Part shown: positions 37,059 to 50,260 of the stretch, one piece after another
Numbering within the stretch: position 1 is the stretch's first letter
Layout: the number at the start of each line of letters is the position of its first letter
Assembly: GCA_046563655.1 (NCBI GenBank)
Contig: CM102284.1
Location: 5,394,001-5,458,000, forward strand
Source of the DNA: Yuukianura sp. NJ FZ-2021
Taxonomy: Eukaryota
Direction of reading: 5' to 3'
Length of the DNA: 64,000 nt
Notes under the pieces: model-generated
The model's database searches: none
What the model saw: the letters and a program-made list of their open reading frames with translations, nothing else
What the model was told of the DNA's origin: nothing
Position numbers and translations under genes: made by a program

Positions 37059-38267
37059 TATGAATCCCAGAGTTTCTGTAATAAAACGAACGTTTCATTG
37101 ACATAAACAGTCAATGCAATTTCCACTTCAGGAACTGTTTGTGTTTGTGCTTATGTTTGTCCTTACAGTGAGTAAACCGATTCCTTCGTCAGTAGCCAAC
37201 AACGTTTCCCAGCAAATCCCAAACGAACACGATCCAAGTCGGTCTGCTGTTCCGAAGATGATCTAAAATCGCAATCGGATTGAGTGTGAATCTGTGTGCG
37301 AATCTAAGACGGCAAGAAACGAAATTGGAGCAAATTAATTAAAAACCCTTCCAAGTCCGAGTCTCCTATACTCCGTGTCCCTTGTCCAAGCCACCACTGA
37401 AGCAAGACAATGCAATAGCACCCAGCACCAGCAGCGGCCAATGATGTGAAGATGTATGGACCCCCAGCGATATATAAAAATAAAACAAACAAAAGATTTC
37501 TAGGTTAGGTCAAAGAGAAGCGGGAATTGTAGGGAATCTTTTTGCTACGTATGTACCATAATAATTAACTTAAAACCTCTCCGGTTGACGCCAGGACAGA
37601 GTATACGTTCGACACATTTGGATTCATGCGGTGGTTCTACTTTTGTTAATTATAAGTTTGACACTCCATGTTTACAATATAAATTTAGAATCATTCAGTG
37701 ATTTTTTATGAAAGCTAACACTGTAGCTTAATTAATTATTGATTAAAAGTTGTAAAAATAGGACCCATTGTGGGTACAACGCGTTGATGGCGGTGCCGGT
37801 CATCGGTTTGATACGAGCGTTCAACTCCACTTACGAAATTGATTTTTAAACATGGATGGGCAAGTAGTTGTACATGTTATAAAACCGTAAATGATGTTTA
37901 ACTTAGTGTAGTTTAGTTCGTTAGCTTAATTAGAAATGATAAAAACAATTAAGCATTCGAATTAGCATTAGTCAGAATGTGACAAGTGATTTGGCAGCTT
38001 TGTAATGCGGTAAATAATGCAATTTATGGGCATTCGTGACGGGGGGAGTGGGATCCGTGTGAGAAATAGAAACTAACCAAAGCTGTCTGGAATTTGGCAC
38101 ATGTTCCAATATCTACACGTGCGAAAATTTCGTAAATTAGTAAAATCACAATTAATTTTTGTGTTTTTGTGTTTGTCAACGCTGTCATTGATCGATTGAT
38201 CTGTGGTAAGCTTCGGAATTCGGATTTAAGTTTCAAGCATTCCTGTTGAATAACAGCGCAAGAAAAA

Positions 38268-39321
38268 ATGCCAAAATCAAAGCGAGATAAGAAAGGTACC
38301 TAACTCGTTAATTTTTAAATAATTTGTGATGAATAATTTTTTAATTTTAGATTTTGGAGAGTTTGGCAATGTTTGTTTCAACTAAGTCAGTCATTTTCAT
38401 ATGACGTGAATCGTGTAAAAAAAATTGCGTATGCTAAATTGTTTCTCTCTTATTTTCAGTGTCGTTGACCAAAACTTCTAAACATGGAATGGACTGGAAA
38501 AAGAAGATTGTTACAGAACTGAAAGAAGCTGGAGAGACATACGGAAACATCTACGTTATTCGAGTCCATGGCATGCGTGGACCGGGTCTTCGAGAACTGC
38601 GACGAGAATGGCGAGATTCCAAACTTTTCTTAGGGAAAAACAAAGTTATGACGATTGCTTTGGGCAAAACACCAGAAACAGAAATACAACCAGAAGTTCA
38701 TCGAATATGCGAACGATTAGCGGTGAGTACGAAGCACACTCCATGAAGTCCACAAGCAAACAAATACCTGTGTTTTCATTTTAGGGTGATTGCGGTTTAC
38801 TATTCACGAACAGAAGTGAGAAGGAAGTGAGTTCGTTTTTTGAAAAGTTTGTCGAAAAGGACTACGCTCGCGGAGGTTCAATAGCTACTGAAACAGTTGT
38901 GCTGGAAGAGGGCCCACTGGAACAGTTTCCACATTCAATGGAACCTCATCTTAGATCTCTAGGCCTTCCTACTTCACTGAAAAGAGGAATTGTCACACTG
39001 ATCAAGGACTACACAGTATGCGAGAAAGGTCAAGTACTAAATGTTGAACAGGCGAAAATACTGGTAACTGAACTTCACTTTTTGAAAAAACGTCTTTATA
39101 GTTAACAGTAGCAACAGTTAAGTGTTATTTTTTTTGTGCAGAAACTTCTCATGATGCCAATGTCCGAGTTTCGTTTAGTGCTGGATTCGGTGTGGAGTAA
39201 ACCAGATTTATTCAAAATTTTGGTATCAGAGAAGCAGGAAGAAGATGATGCCGATGCGACAGCGGAAGTAATCGAAGAAGGTGACGACCAAGAGGAAATG
39301 GAAGCAGAATCCGATGACTGA
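38268..39321 (+). CDS. MRTO4: mRNA turnover protein 4 / 60S ribosome assembly factor
   Basis: [51 protein letters not shown]. Four exons; acidic tail. Confidence 0.96.
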
Positions 39322-39625
39322 AATACTTCAGACGCCTGCTAGAGATTCCCTTGGAACTTTTAAGTTCGGTCAGATTCTTACCGTTAATGCTTTTAAATTG
39401 AATTTCTAAAATAAATCGTTTTTATGTCATCACAGAAAGATTTTTGGGTGAAGGAATTGGATTATCGATTCCACCTTTTATTTCTCCACGGTGACGACGT
39501 CGCTCTTCATCGTTACATGTTTCACACTAAATCGTAGTTTTTAAACCATTTCCATTTTTCAAATCCTTGTTTTTTGAAATTATGAACTTTGCTTCATAAC
39601 TTTGAATCAGAGTCAAACTTAGATA

Positions 39626-41220
39626 ATGGCATCGGTAAATTCACGTGCCAATAGTCGTCCGAGTACTCCAAATTCTAAAATTCCTGTCACCCCAGAATCT
39701 TCGAAAAAATTACGACTTTCCATTTTGAATAGAAATACGCAGTCTCAAAATTTGTCCACTGCGTCTCCAAGCAATTCGACGCAAGATGATCCGTCGTCAT
39801 CCATTGTCGCCTCTTCAGTCGTCCAAACCAATCAGAATCATCCGCACTCCATTACTATCGTAAATCACGATAACATCACTCAACATGCCGCATTTTACCA
39901 AGGGTTCATCGAAGGGACTGTTTACGGCCTACGGAACTCCTTTCAAGAAAGACTGAGCAACCTCGTTCACGACATTCAGAAGGAACTGTTGCACGAAGAC
40001 CGTTGCTCCGTTGGCAGCCTACCGATGGTCGCCACGACCACATCACACGTTTCCTCTACGTTTGTCGTTTCCATTCAAAGCCAACCAGACACCAACGTTG
40101 CATATCGTCCTGAGCATCGTCAAGATCAAAGCGATCTTCCGCGTGTCCCGACCGACGGTCGCCCTGACTCAAGACAACGACCGTCGCCACCTCCAGCGAT
40201 CTGTATGCAGCCATTGAAAACTTCGACTTTGGTGGTTCCATCTTTACTGCAACGAAAGTCCGCATTACACATTACCACGCACTGCCACGGTTTGGACCAA
40301 CTCGGAACAATGTCCAGCATTTTCATCCAGCCCATGGACGGATGTTTTGAATGTAAGCGATCCGTTCCAGTGCTCACGTGAACACAATACAACTAAAATG
40401 TCAACTTGTCTTTTTTAGTCCTGAGTTCCTTTTGCCCAAAATTTTTGGTGGCAACCCGCTACAACATCTTCAGTCACGAAACGCTGCCACCAGTTTTTAC
40501 TGTCACACAAAGCGACAATCATTGGGCAACATACTTTGAAAATGGAAACGACGTGACGTTTTCGCTCAATCGGAACGACTACACCCATGGAACACTGGAG
40601 ACAGACAATATTTTGACTATTGAATGCAATATTTTCTACAGCAACTACGCAACATTTCACGTAACTTCTTTCAATTCACATGAACAAAAAACTGCAAACT
40701 GCAGCGCTTATAATTCTTAACGTTTTGTATTTTCCAGAACGGAACGTTCCTTCTCCGCGACGGCAGCAGTGACATCCAACTAGGTTCTTCCGAGTATCTC
40801 TGTGCGAACAAGAACAAACCCAGTCTCATTGTCATCAGTTGTCTAACTCAAGAGTCGTTTCTGATTCGATCCAAGAACTACCGTCAAGGATATCGAGACA
40901 GCGACTTCTTGGTTTATCCTTACAATTCCAGCGGAGTAATCCAAGAAAATGATGAGTTGGAACCAGTCACAGCCGTTGTGGCTGTCATATCCAGAAGGAT
41001 TCCAAAGACAGTTAGACATGGTGGTTCCGAAGTGTATCCTCTTCAGGAACGTGTCATGATCACCTTCTTTAGCAAAATCCATCCTTACACCAAAGCGACA
41101 TTGATGGCCACTTCCTTCGTCTTGGTAAGTCTCAAAACCTACAAACATTTCATCAATTATTTCCAGACTATCGGCTTATCCCTACAATTTGTGTTTCAGA
41201 AACACGACATTTTCAAATAA
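39626..41220 (+). CDS. Second highly divergent phospholipid scramblase-like protein with a long S/T/P-rich N-terminal extension
   Basis: Exons 39626-~40351, 40419-~40660, ~40738-~41124 and 41200-41220. HCHGLDQLGTMSSIFIQ resembles CPPGLEYL..LDQL.V.Q; RYNIFS resembles NKY.IKN; ITFFSKIHPYTKATLMATSFVLKHDIFK resembles I.FP..L....KA.L.GA.FLIDF.FF. Confidence 0.6.
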
Positions 41221-42732
41221 CGCTGACCTCCAGTCCCGTAATTTGCCAATTCAAACAAAAGATGATTTATTTGTAACAATTTTAACCCAAATCCATGTAA
41301 TTACATTTGCAACTTTTTAATAATAAAGTTTTCACACTCCAATCAATATCCCGTACAATCTAGCAGCTCCAATTCCAATTTCCAATTGTTTCCCGGAAGT
41401 TCTTAAATTTGACAAAAATTCACTTATCAGAGAGAGACTTTACAATAATTGTGAATTTTAACTCCTAAACAAGGTTCCAGTTTCCTACTTATTTCTATTT
41501 TAAATAATAATGCATTTTTCTACACAACTTAAACTTCCTTTTGCATCTTTTAACAAACAATTGCTCATTTACGCCTAATTATTACCATTAATTAGTAAGT
41601 GTAAAAAGTTGGTTTTAGGATGAACATTTATAACCTACAGGAATTCATTTTAAATGCATATGCTGTTCCAGTTCCACGATTCGTTTTTTCCAATTTCTTG
41701 CTAAACAATTAGCAATTCTACTAAATTACGAGTTACTTTAGAACAGAGGTTCTCCTTCTCGTTTTTAACACTAAAAACATTTTAAGAGACTAATGGACTA
41801 CTAAATGGTCGTCGAGAGTTATCATTTGTCCATTATGTCTGACTGTCTCGATAACCACTTGTCCACTATATCTCTCTCCAACAGTACAATTTTTCCGCAA
41901 GTATCGCCACAATCTTTCCCCAATTCCCCTGTACATTTTGTAATTAACTAACTTTTTAAGATTCTTGAGTTGTGAAATTCGGAGTTACAATTTAAGGTTC
42001 CTCACTGCTTACAGATTCACTCCTCAAATTTCATTAATACTGGAACCAATGTCACCGTGAAAGTTATTTAGAAGACTACATTATGGAATTATTTTTGAGA
42101 AGAGAAGGGTTGTCCACTGAGAATTCAAGTTGCATTTTAACAATGTTATACTTTCAGTATTATACTAAATCCCATGTTAATTAACTACCTTTTACTGTAA
42201 TTAGAGCATGAGAAAGAGAGAGAGAGAATTTAAAACTTTTATGATAGCCTTTATAAAAACCTGTCAACTAAAAGTTCCCATGTGTGTAGAATGAAATGTC
42301 AAGTTAAACTTAACTTTAACAAATACCTAACGCTTCAATATAAAAACAATTTTAAAAGATAACAATTAAAACAATTATATTGGCAATGGCAATTTTAAAA
42401 CAAGAGGCAGATTACTGGGCGCACAATTATAAGTAATTAAAAACAAAGAATAAATATAATTCTGCTAAAGTAATCACCATCAATACCCATTCGTTAAACT
42501 TTAGCAGTAGTACTAGCAGTATTTTTTAAACTATACTTTAGCAGTATTTAGTTGTGGCCTCTTGGAGGAGCGAAAGACCAAAAAAAGACCATTGCTTCGG
42601 GACGCCTCGTCAAACGTTACTTTCTAAGTGCCTAAAGTTATTCCCAAGTTTTGAACCGACATTATTTTTCTAGTGGATTGGTTGGTAGTGTTTGCGCTCT
42701 CAAATATTAGATTCCTAACCAAACGCGGAGCA

Positions 42733-45700
42733 TCAAGCAAAGTACATGACTTTCTTAGTGTCAGCATGAACCGTGATGGCTCTAGCCATGGCTCCCGGTG
42801 TTCTATCATCGCTGCACCCACTTTGGTGCGAACCTTCACCCGAGTCATGCTCTTTTTCAACTAAATGGTAGCGAGCGCGAAAGGCCACTAGATGAGCATA
42901 GTAGGCCGGGGCTGGAATTGAAACACTTCTTGTGCAGCGAACATAAGTGTGACACAGTTGATACGTGAGACACTGGAGCTCATCAGAGTCGAAATGATTG
43001 TCATCCCAAAGAACGTGGTAATGAGAGGGACGACTGGTGCCCTGGAAGTATCAACAACAAAAGTTTTCCATTAAAAACACTACTCCCAGTTCCATAAATA
43101 AACATGAAATGAAAATACGGCCTCATTATAAGTAATAGCTTCTCTCGTGACCTTGACCCACTAACCTGAATGCCTTGATGAGAGCAGAGGTAGAAATCAA
43201 ACTCAGTTGGATGCGTAATTCCAACATCCACTGTCGTTCCAGCTGGAATGTTTCCTGATTTTCCAGATTGTTCCTTTTTATCTGCACAGAAGAGGCGGGT
43301 ATGATGGCGCTTCTGGACAACAATGAAAGTAATGCCCGGCTTATAGTCAGCTTCCAACTTGATACAAGCTTCACGAATTGCTGTAAGTTCGTGTTGAAGA
43401 ACGGTGATGAACTGGCCTTCAGAGACTCCGTCACGGTAGAGAATAATTCGATGTGGTTTGTATCCTCCAGTGGATTTGTAGAACATGACGAGCAGTTCTT
43501 TGACCATTGATGACAGTTCTTGAATTACTTCAAGGCGATGCTGTTGGACCCTAACAGTTGCAGAATATCGAGAAGGATGAGCATCCATGGAACCAACTAC
43601 GGCAGCAATTGAAGGTTTCTTATTGTCCCCAGCGGGTGGGTGTGTGACATCAGCTCCCAGGAATACAACAGGTTCATTAAATACCTAGAACATTAGAATT
43701 CAATTTAGTAATTGTCCATTTCCAGATAGATTGCACCAATCACCACATTAGTTTAGCAACACGAACCTTCGGACGTATATTTGGAACGAGGATAGAATTG
43801 ATGCCACCTAGTTTTACATTAATCTTGAGACAGAGATTCGATAGTGTTTGTGGTGAGGTTTTGTTGACATTCTTGGCTTGAACACATTGCGTTGCCATTC
43901 CCAAAACTGTGTCACCAACTCTCTTCACTTCAGCTGTACAAACAATGCCTCACATTAGGATTAGAGCTGCATTTTCATTGTTTCAAAAACTTTTTACTGT
44001 CTACTACTTACCATAAACTGGCGTCTTTCCAGGAAGAACAACTACAACCAATTGGAGCCCTTGGAAGGTTGACTTCAAATATTTGAACATTGGCTCAACC
44101 TGATCTGGTCCAGTGGCGTACTTGCCTAAAAAACAACAAGAAATGCAATGAGGCATAATTCAAAAAACCGAAAAAGCAGATGAAGATTAACTGCAATATT
44201 TTTTCTTACAGAAGCATGGCTGACCGATGATTGGCATTCCAGCGTCGTTACTAATTTTCTGCAGTTGTTGCGTAAATCCACGCAGAGCGTCTTCCCTTAC
44301 TGTTCTTTGCGGAGCAAAACACGCAATTGCCCAAACGCGAATTTCAACTCCAGTGAAGAATTGCTTTCCTCGCATATCCCAAACTCCTTGATTTGGCAGT
44401 GCTTGTTGCTTTGTCTATAAAAAGCAACAGAAACTATAAGTAAACTGTCAGAATTCTTGCCACCTTTTGCAGTTAGTTGTGAATTCGAAAAGTGTCAATC
44501 AGCCAAAAAACAAAAATACCACCAAAAAAGAAAACAGGGATTTAGGAAAAACTTATAGAAGTAAGAGGCAACTGCTTCGAGAAAAAGAAAAGGTCAAGTA
44601 AGGGTCATGCAGCGACAACATAGAAACGTTTCTTTTTCATATTTCACGATTTCTCATAAAGTGAAAGTCTTCCGCTCTAAGAAGGAGAAATACTTTGAAG
44701 TTTTTAGTAAAATTAGATTTCGTTGTTACTTTCTTGAAAGTTGGTTAAATTGGAAATTAAAGTGCGAAAACCCAAGTTATTTTAGAATTTTTGTCTTGGC
44801 CCGTCTTAAAGACACTTTTATCCTTTCACAACCACCAACCAAGGTGAGTTTTGCTTGGATATGGATTTGTGTCTTGTGTAGATACCAATGGCGTATTAAT
44901 TTTTAAATTCAGATCTTATCGATTGATTTACAAACGCAATTGGCAGCATTTAAAACTCTATCATCGTTAGGACGAACCGACCCATTGAATCGCTTGATTC
45001 TTGGACACGGTTCGCCTACTTTTCAAAAGTGTACAGTGTAAGTGAAGATGTAAGGAAGAGAGAAAAAATTGTGATACGTTGTTACAAACCAGACTTACAC
45101 GACCACCATATTGTAACTTCGGAGGGATCAGGACCCGGCCACGGACTTCCATCATTGAGTTGCTAATGGTGAGTCCAAATTCTTGAACATATGGATCCGT
45201 ATTGAAGTCAGCTTTGTGAACCAAGTTGTTTATTTCACGCTCACGATCAGGAGCTGATCTGGCAGTTGCTTTGATCATGGTGGATGTTTGCATATCAGTC
45301 AACTTTTTAATGCATCGTTGACCAGCAACAATATTACATACCTGAAAAAAATCAAAACAGACGTTGAGAATTGAGAACAAACCGCAGGAAAATAGTGTTT
45401 GATTAGTCTATCAGTTGAGCCTTACCTCTAATGGCAGATATGTGTGCTTGTGTTCTTGCCCCACTTGCAAGCAAGGCAAATTAGGATATCTCAGCTTCAT
45501 TTTGTATTTGTCCAAAAAGTACTTGGCAACAGTACATTCAACGGTTTGTCCATTTTCTAATTGAAGTGGAAAACTTTGCATTTGAGCTGGACGTCTGGTA
45601 ACATTACAGACTCGGTACTTTCGCTTCATGTTCCCACAATGTGTTATTTCAATTTTGAGTCCTTTGATTTCCTTTGTGAACTTGACACGGTGGGAGTCAG

Positions 45701-47385
45701 CAAGTGGTTTTCTTTGATCGTTGATGTCACGGATATCCAGAACTTCGCACATGAATTCTATCACTGGCTGTGCTTTGTAAAAAGCCGTGGCAGATACTAT
45801 ACAAAACAAAAACACAACCATGAAAGAAAATGCATTCAAGGTGATTCTTCAATGATCTATTTAGTAGTTTACCATCAATATTGAGCATCATTTTCCACTG
45901 AGAAGGACGGACTGACTGATGAAAACCAAACCAAACTTCTCTACCACCGCCAAGTGGATGGTAGTAACCATCCGGAGAAGAAAAGAAGCTTCGACCGACC
46001 GGAGTGTAATTCATTGACGGCAAATGGCGCATGACAACATCAAGGGCCTAAATCAATGCACCGTTCATAATTTTTATCTGGTTTTGTACAGATTTTGTTT
46101 TTGTAAGTTGTGAGTAATCAGAAAGACTAATCAAAAGAAATCACTTGAAAGTCATTAGATGTAAGTTGACATCATACGAAAATGGAAACAAAACACGATT
46201 GTTATGATAAAAGTAACTTCTCACCTGTATGGCATCATACGGAATAGTTCTGGACCGTCCTTCGAGAGCTTCTTCCAGTGCATAGAGTGAAACGCGTGCA
46301 ACCCACTTGATCTGAACACGAAAGACTCTGTCTTTGCCTTCCCCAGGAAGTGTCACCTCGAGATCAACGCGATCACTTCCGATTGGCAGTGGATCTCTTG
46401 TGTAGAGATTAGACCGACCATCGAATCTAAAACCACAAGGAAATCAATCATATGTGAATGATAGACTTAAAACCCGAATAGTGTTATTTATGTCAGGGAT
46501 TTGAAAAAAAGACAAAATTCTTACACAGGTTTTAAAGTTCCGAAGATTTTGCTGTAAGCGTGTACCATGGTTTCAATAATTTCACGATTAACTTTTCTTG
46601 GACATTTATCTGGAGTAATCGTCACATCATAATGATGAATGAAACCACGTGGCATAGAAATCTGGAAATGGTTGGCTTTGAGAACAATTGGGCGTCCCTC
46701 CCTTCCTAAATTTGGTCTTCTCGGACATATAAAAACTGCAAAAAATGACATAATACAAATGTCATTGTGCCTCCAGAAAAATAAGTTAAAAGCTAAACCG
46801 TGTCGATTATCTGTTATTTCAAATGATTGAAATTAAAATCGTTCCTTACTTGGTATATCTGGAGAAGTAGGAGCCTGAAGAGGCGACGTGGTTTGTGGGG
46901 CTATCATGCCTATTGTTCCTGGTGGAACTGCTGCAGTAATTGGAGGTACCCCGACACCTACTGAAGATCCTAGTGTGACCCCTACGGGTACTCCAACTCC
47001 TGGAACCGATGGACCCGGAGCTATAAGCAAATCAACCATTATTGCAGTTAATTCAAACAGTTCAACCTATGATTCAAAACAAAGGAAGTACAGCGCAGTG
47101 AAAATTCAAAACCTAAAGTAACAGTTATTTAGAACACGAGAGTTCATATCTAACTGAAGCAAATGATCAGTAAGAAGATCCAATCAAACCCAACTTAAAG
47201 TGGGTGGGGTTCGTTTTAAGTTGATGACTATTTAGACACAAATGATGTGCTCCAGTTTTGCGTTCCCCATGCTCATGCCTTGCCACCCACTGGTTCAAAG
47301 TGGTGGTATCTTTACCAGCGCTTAATGGAGTAATTACTGACTACGGTAGTTAAAGTGTGCTTAACTTACGCTGACCAGGGAACAT
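42733..47385 (-). CDS. AGO1: Argonaute-1 (miRNA-class Argonaute)
   Basis: First coding exon MFPGQ (47385-47370). N domain [76 protein letters not shown]; end [11 protein letters not shown] (TGA 42735-42733). Confidence 0.98.
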
Positions 47386-48499
47386 TGTTGGTGGTTTTAA
47401 TCAGTGATTTGAGTTCCTTTGTTAGCCTTGTAATGTATTTTGGAACTGAGATCAAGATGGCTGGCTCGTGTTCACCTGAACTCAAACTCAAATGTGTGGG
47501 TTCCTGGCTCATCGAAGAAAGGAGCCAAACGGGCTTGGAAGCCAACGACTAAAATTTTTGCCTGAGTCAGACAAGCCCATGCATCTGCTTCTGCATGCGA
47601 CTTGGTCTTTCGTGGCCACTCCCCCTCGTCACACTTCTCCGCAACTCTCATACAACTGGCGCAGTGTTGAGATTCTGTACTGCATAAAAGTATACACACA
47701 AAACAGTCAACATGTACAAATAACGATGCTTTGTGAAATTGCGAATTCACTGCTTTCAGCTTCAAGTCAAGGTTTTTGTTATTTCGTTATTATTTGGAGA
47801 AAATTTTTCGGCTATAAATTTAACATATATATCGGGGGACGGATAATATCTTGTAATTGTCATGCTGTATATACAAATTAGTGGAATAGTCTGCACCCCA
47901 TTAAGGTTTTTCAGATTAAAGTGTTTAATTTATTTAAAATTTTATTTAAAATTTATAATTTAATATTTAGTGAACCAAAATGCTTGCATCGAAGTACTAT
48001 AATAAGTATTTGTAAACAGGACTTTGTAATTTGGCTTCACAATTTTTTCCGCAATTTTATTTGTTTAAAAATGTGACTAATCAAAAATTAATCCCGTTCT
48101 AATTAATAGAACACTGAAGTAGAAAAGCAGTATACACTTCATAAAAATTGATGAATTCGAAACAATAATTATTGTAGTAAAAATAAATAGGTTGATAAAA
48201 ATAACTTTTCAAGTTAGGAAAACCATTTACACTTCATAATAACATCATGAACTTGAATAAAATTATTGTAGTAAAATAGCAGAACGATAAAAATAATAAA
48301 CTTCTTGTTGGTATAATTGATGTTGAGCAATTAGTCGCTGACTAAAATGGTGTAGCCAACTTTCAACCTTGTGAGTACAAAATGGGGTTGTGCAAAGAAG
48401 TCGTTGCCACCAAGACCAGCAGAGGCCGAGGCGCATGGAAGGAAGAGGGAAGGAAATCAATTGTTAAAGTCCTACCATCTGCCTCCCCTCTTCCCTCCC

Positions 48500-48511
48500 T
48501 TTGGCGCCAAA
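48500..48511. promoter_or_regulatory. Palindromic E2F site TTTGGCGCCAAA in the Ago1 / Spc25-like divergent promoter
   Basis: Exact match to the canonical E2F palindrome, just upstream of the putative 5' UTR exon (donor CTG|GTGAGT at 48613/48614) of a probable cell-cycle gene. Confidence 0.6.
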
Positions 48512-48811
48512 CGCACCAAAACAAAGAAATTAACAACACACGGATCAGCAGGAACCTCTAGTGTCAATTAACTAATTAGCTAAAGTGTCTTTACGGTCGT
48601 TAAGCAATCTCTGGTGAGTAACTAACTTTACTTATTCGTTAGTGACTCTATATTCCACAAGTTAGAGTATAACATCACCGTTTAATGAATCTCCTGGAAG
48701 ATTGGAGTACGTTATCATCTAAATCAGCTGTGCTCTTATTGCCGTTTCTCAATTCCCAGTCATCTGACGAAGACGAACCTTGATTTGCATCATCATCAAC
48801 AGCAATCAAGT

Positions 48812-50260
48812 ATGCCAGTGTCGGCGACTACCTCATCAACACATCTATCTCACATCCAACGAAGACGGGAACAACTACTGGCTGCACGTCTGGCTAATCA
48901 AAAAGTATCCGAAGAATTGAGATCAGTTGAAAGACAACTAACGAAAGTCAACGACAAGAATGCCGATGACGTTAAGGTAGCAAAGTACAGTTTGACGACG
49001 GCCAAAACTGCATTGGGTAAGGCCATTGTCATCAGTTTTTAAGAATCTTGATTCATGAAGTTCACATTAAGTATTCAAAGCATGAAAATACTCATTATGT
49101 AGCGTACTGTGCACTGTGCTAGTGCTGTTATTATTGTTTGTCTTTTGAGTGAAGGTCCAGTCAAATGAAGGAAGTAACTTTTTCATCTGTCAGTCAGACC
49201 CAGACGAATGACTTGAACTTAAAGTTGAAGAACGTAAAACCCATTACTTACTGTACTTAATTCTAAATTCAGGATATCCTATGTTTTCTTTAGGTTAAAG
49301 TTCATCAGAAGTGAAAGTTCAAGCTTGGCTACTCCCTTCATTTTGCTGGACTTTTGGTGTTTTTCCTGTTTAATCGCCCACCCTTTGCTCGATTATGACA
49401 ACCAACGTGCTATAAAGTTTTGTTCTTTTGCAAATCTTATGTAAAAGTTGGTTATGGCATGGCACTTTGCTAGTTGCGTGATCCGATTTGCTCTATTTCC
49501 AAAATGACACGTCAATGCTTCCATCAACTGCACATTTAATTTTGTAGCGATGAACTCGTACTTAATCAGAATCGTACTTAAAAACGATTTAGGTTTAAGC
49601 ATTTAAGCGTAAATCGGTAGAGCGCGAGCGCATCCAACTTCATCTTCGGTGTGTTTAGTTTAGTACTAGTAACTGACGGACGAAGGGAATTGCACCACGC
49701 AAATTATCCATTTCCTAAGCATTTAAAGTCTTTGAACAAACCTGACACGGATGATGAACATTGCGATAATTGTTAATTCCATTTTATTTTTGTGTATATT
49801 CCAGTGTCCAGACGGGAGAAGGTGCAGAAGAAACAAGATTGCGCTGATGCCCTGGAACGATTTCTTGCTAAACTCGGAGTTACGATCGGATTTTTCCAAG
49901 AGGACGGAGAAGCTAACCAGGGACGAAACCAATCTATTCATTTTTCTGGACTTGGAAAAAACCGTGAAGAGTGTGTCATCTTCTTTTCAGTTATGAGACT
50001 GCCATTTTTCCAAGGTATGTTTTGATCAAATTGTTTAGTAAGACCGGCATTTTTGAATAAGGTTTTTAAAAACGTATTTTTGATCTGTGACAGTGGTAGC
50101 TGCTAAACCAAAGCACCCGCGCTTCAATGACCTTGCGGCCGAGGTGAACGAATCACAAGATTTTTTATATCTGATTCTAAAGGCTCGTCAATATTTCTTA
50201 CAGTCCATTGAAAATTCAGACGTTTTAACTTTTGGTACAAAATCTACTAAGGCTAACTAA
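48812..50260 (+). CDS. SPC25: Probable kinetochore Ndc80-complex subunit Spc25 (coiled coil + RWD-like head), ~193 aa
   Basis: Exons 48812-49016, 49805-50014 and 50094-50260 are phase-consistent. An N-terminal coiled coil is followed by ERFLAKLGVTI...IHFSGL...EECVIFF...FQVVAAKP...LAAEVNESQDFLYLILKARQYF, matching the recalled Spc25 pattern (LGL.I...F.F...Y.V...P...LN.T.DF..FL...R..F). Confidence 0.65.

Noticed and set aside
37980-38095. Faint resemblance to the 5' Alu domain of insect 7SL RNA (TTGGCAGCTTTGTAAT...GTGGGAT)
   Set aside because: No SRP S-domain/helix 8 motif or Pol III terminator at the expected distance; it lies in the MRT4 promoter and is probably chance.
38326-38420. C-box GTGATGA in MRT4 intron 1 (possible C/D snoRNA)
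   Set aside because: No downstream CTGA D-box or terminal stem within the intron.
42715-42735. Ago1 stop-codon readthrough (AGO1x-like)
   Set aside because: The TGA is followed by only five codons before a TAG, and the context is not a known leaky one.
50144-50203. Apparent GT-AG intron in the last Spc25-like exon
   Set aside because: Reading through it gives VNESQDFLYLILKARQYF, the best-conserved Spc25-like helix, so it is treated as coding.
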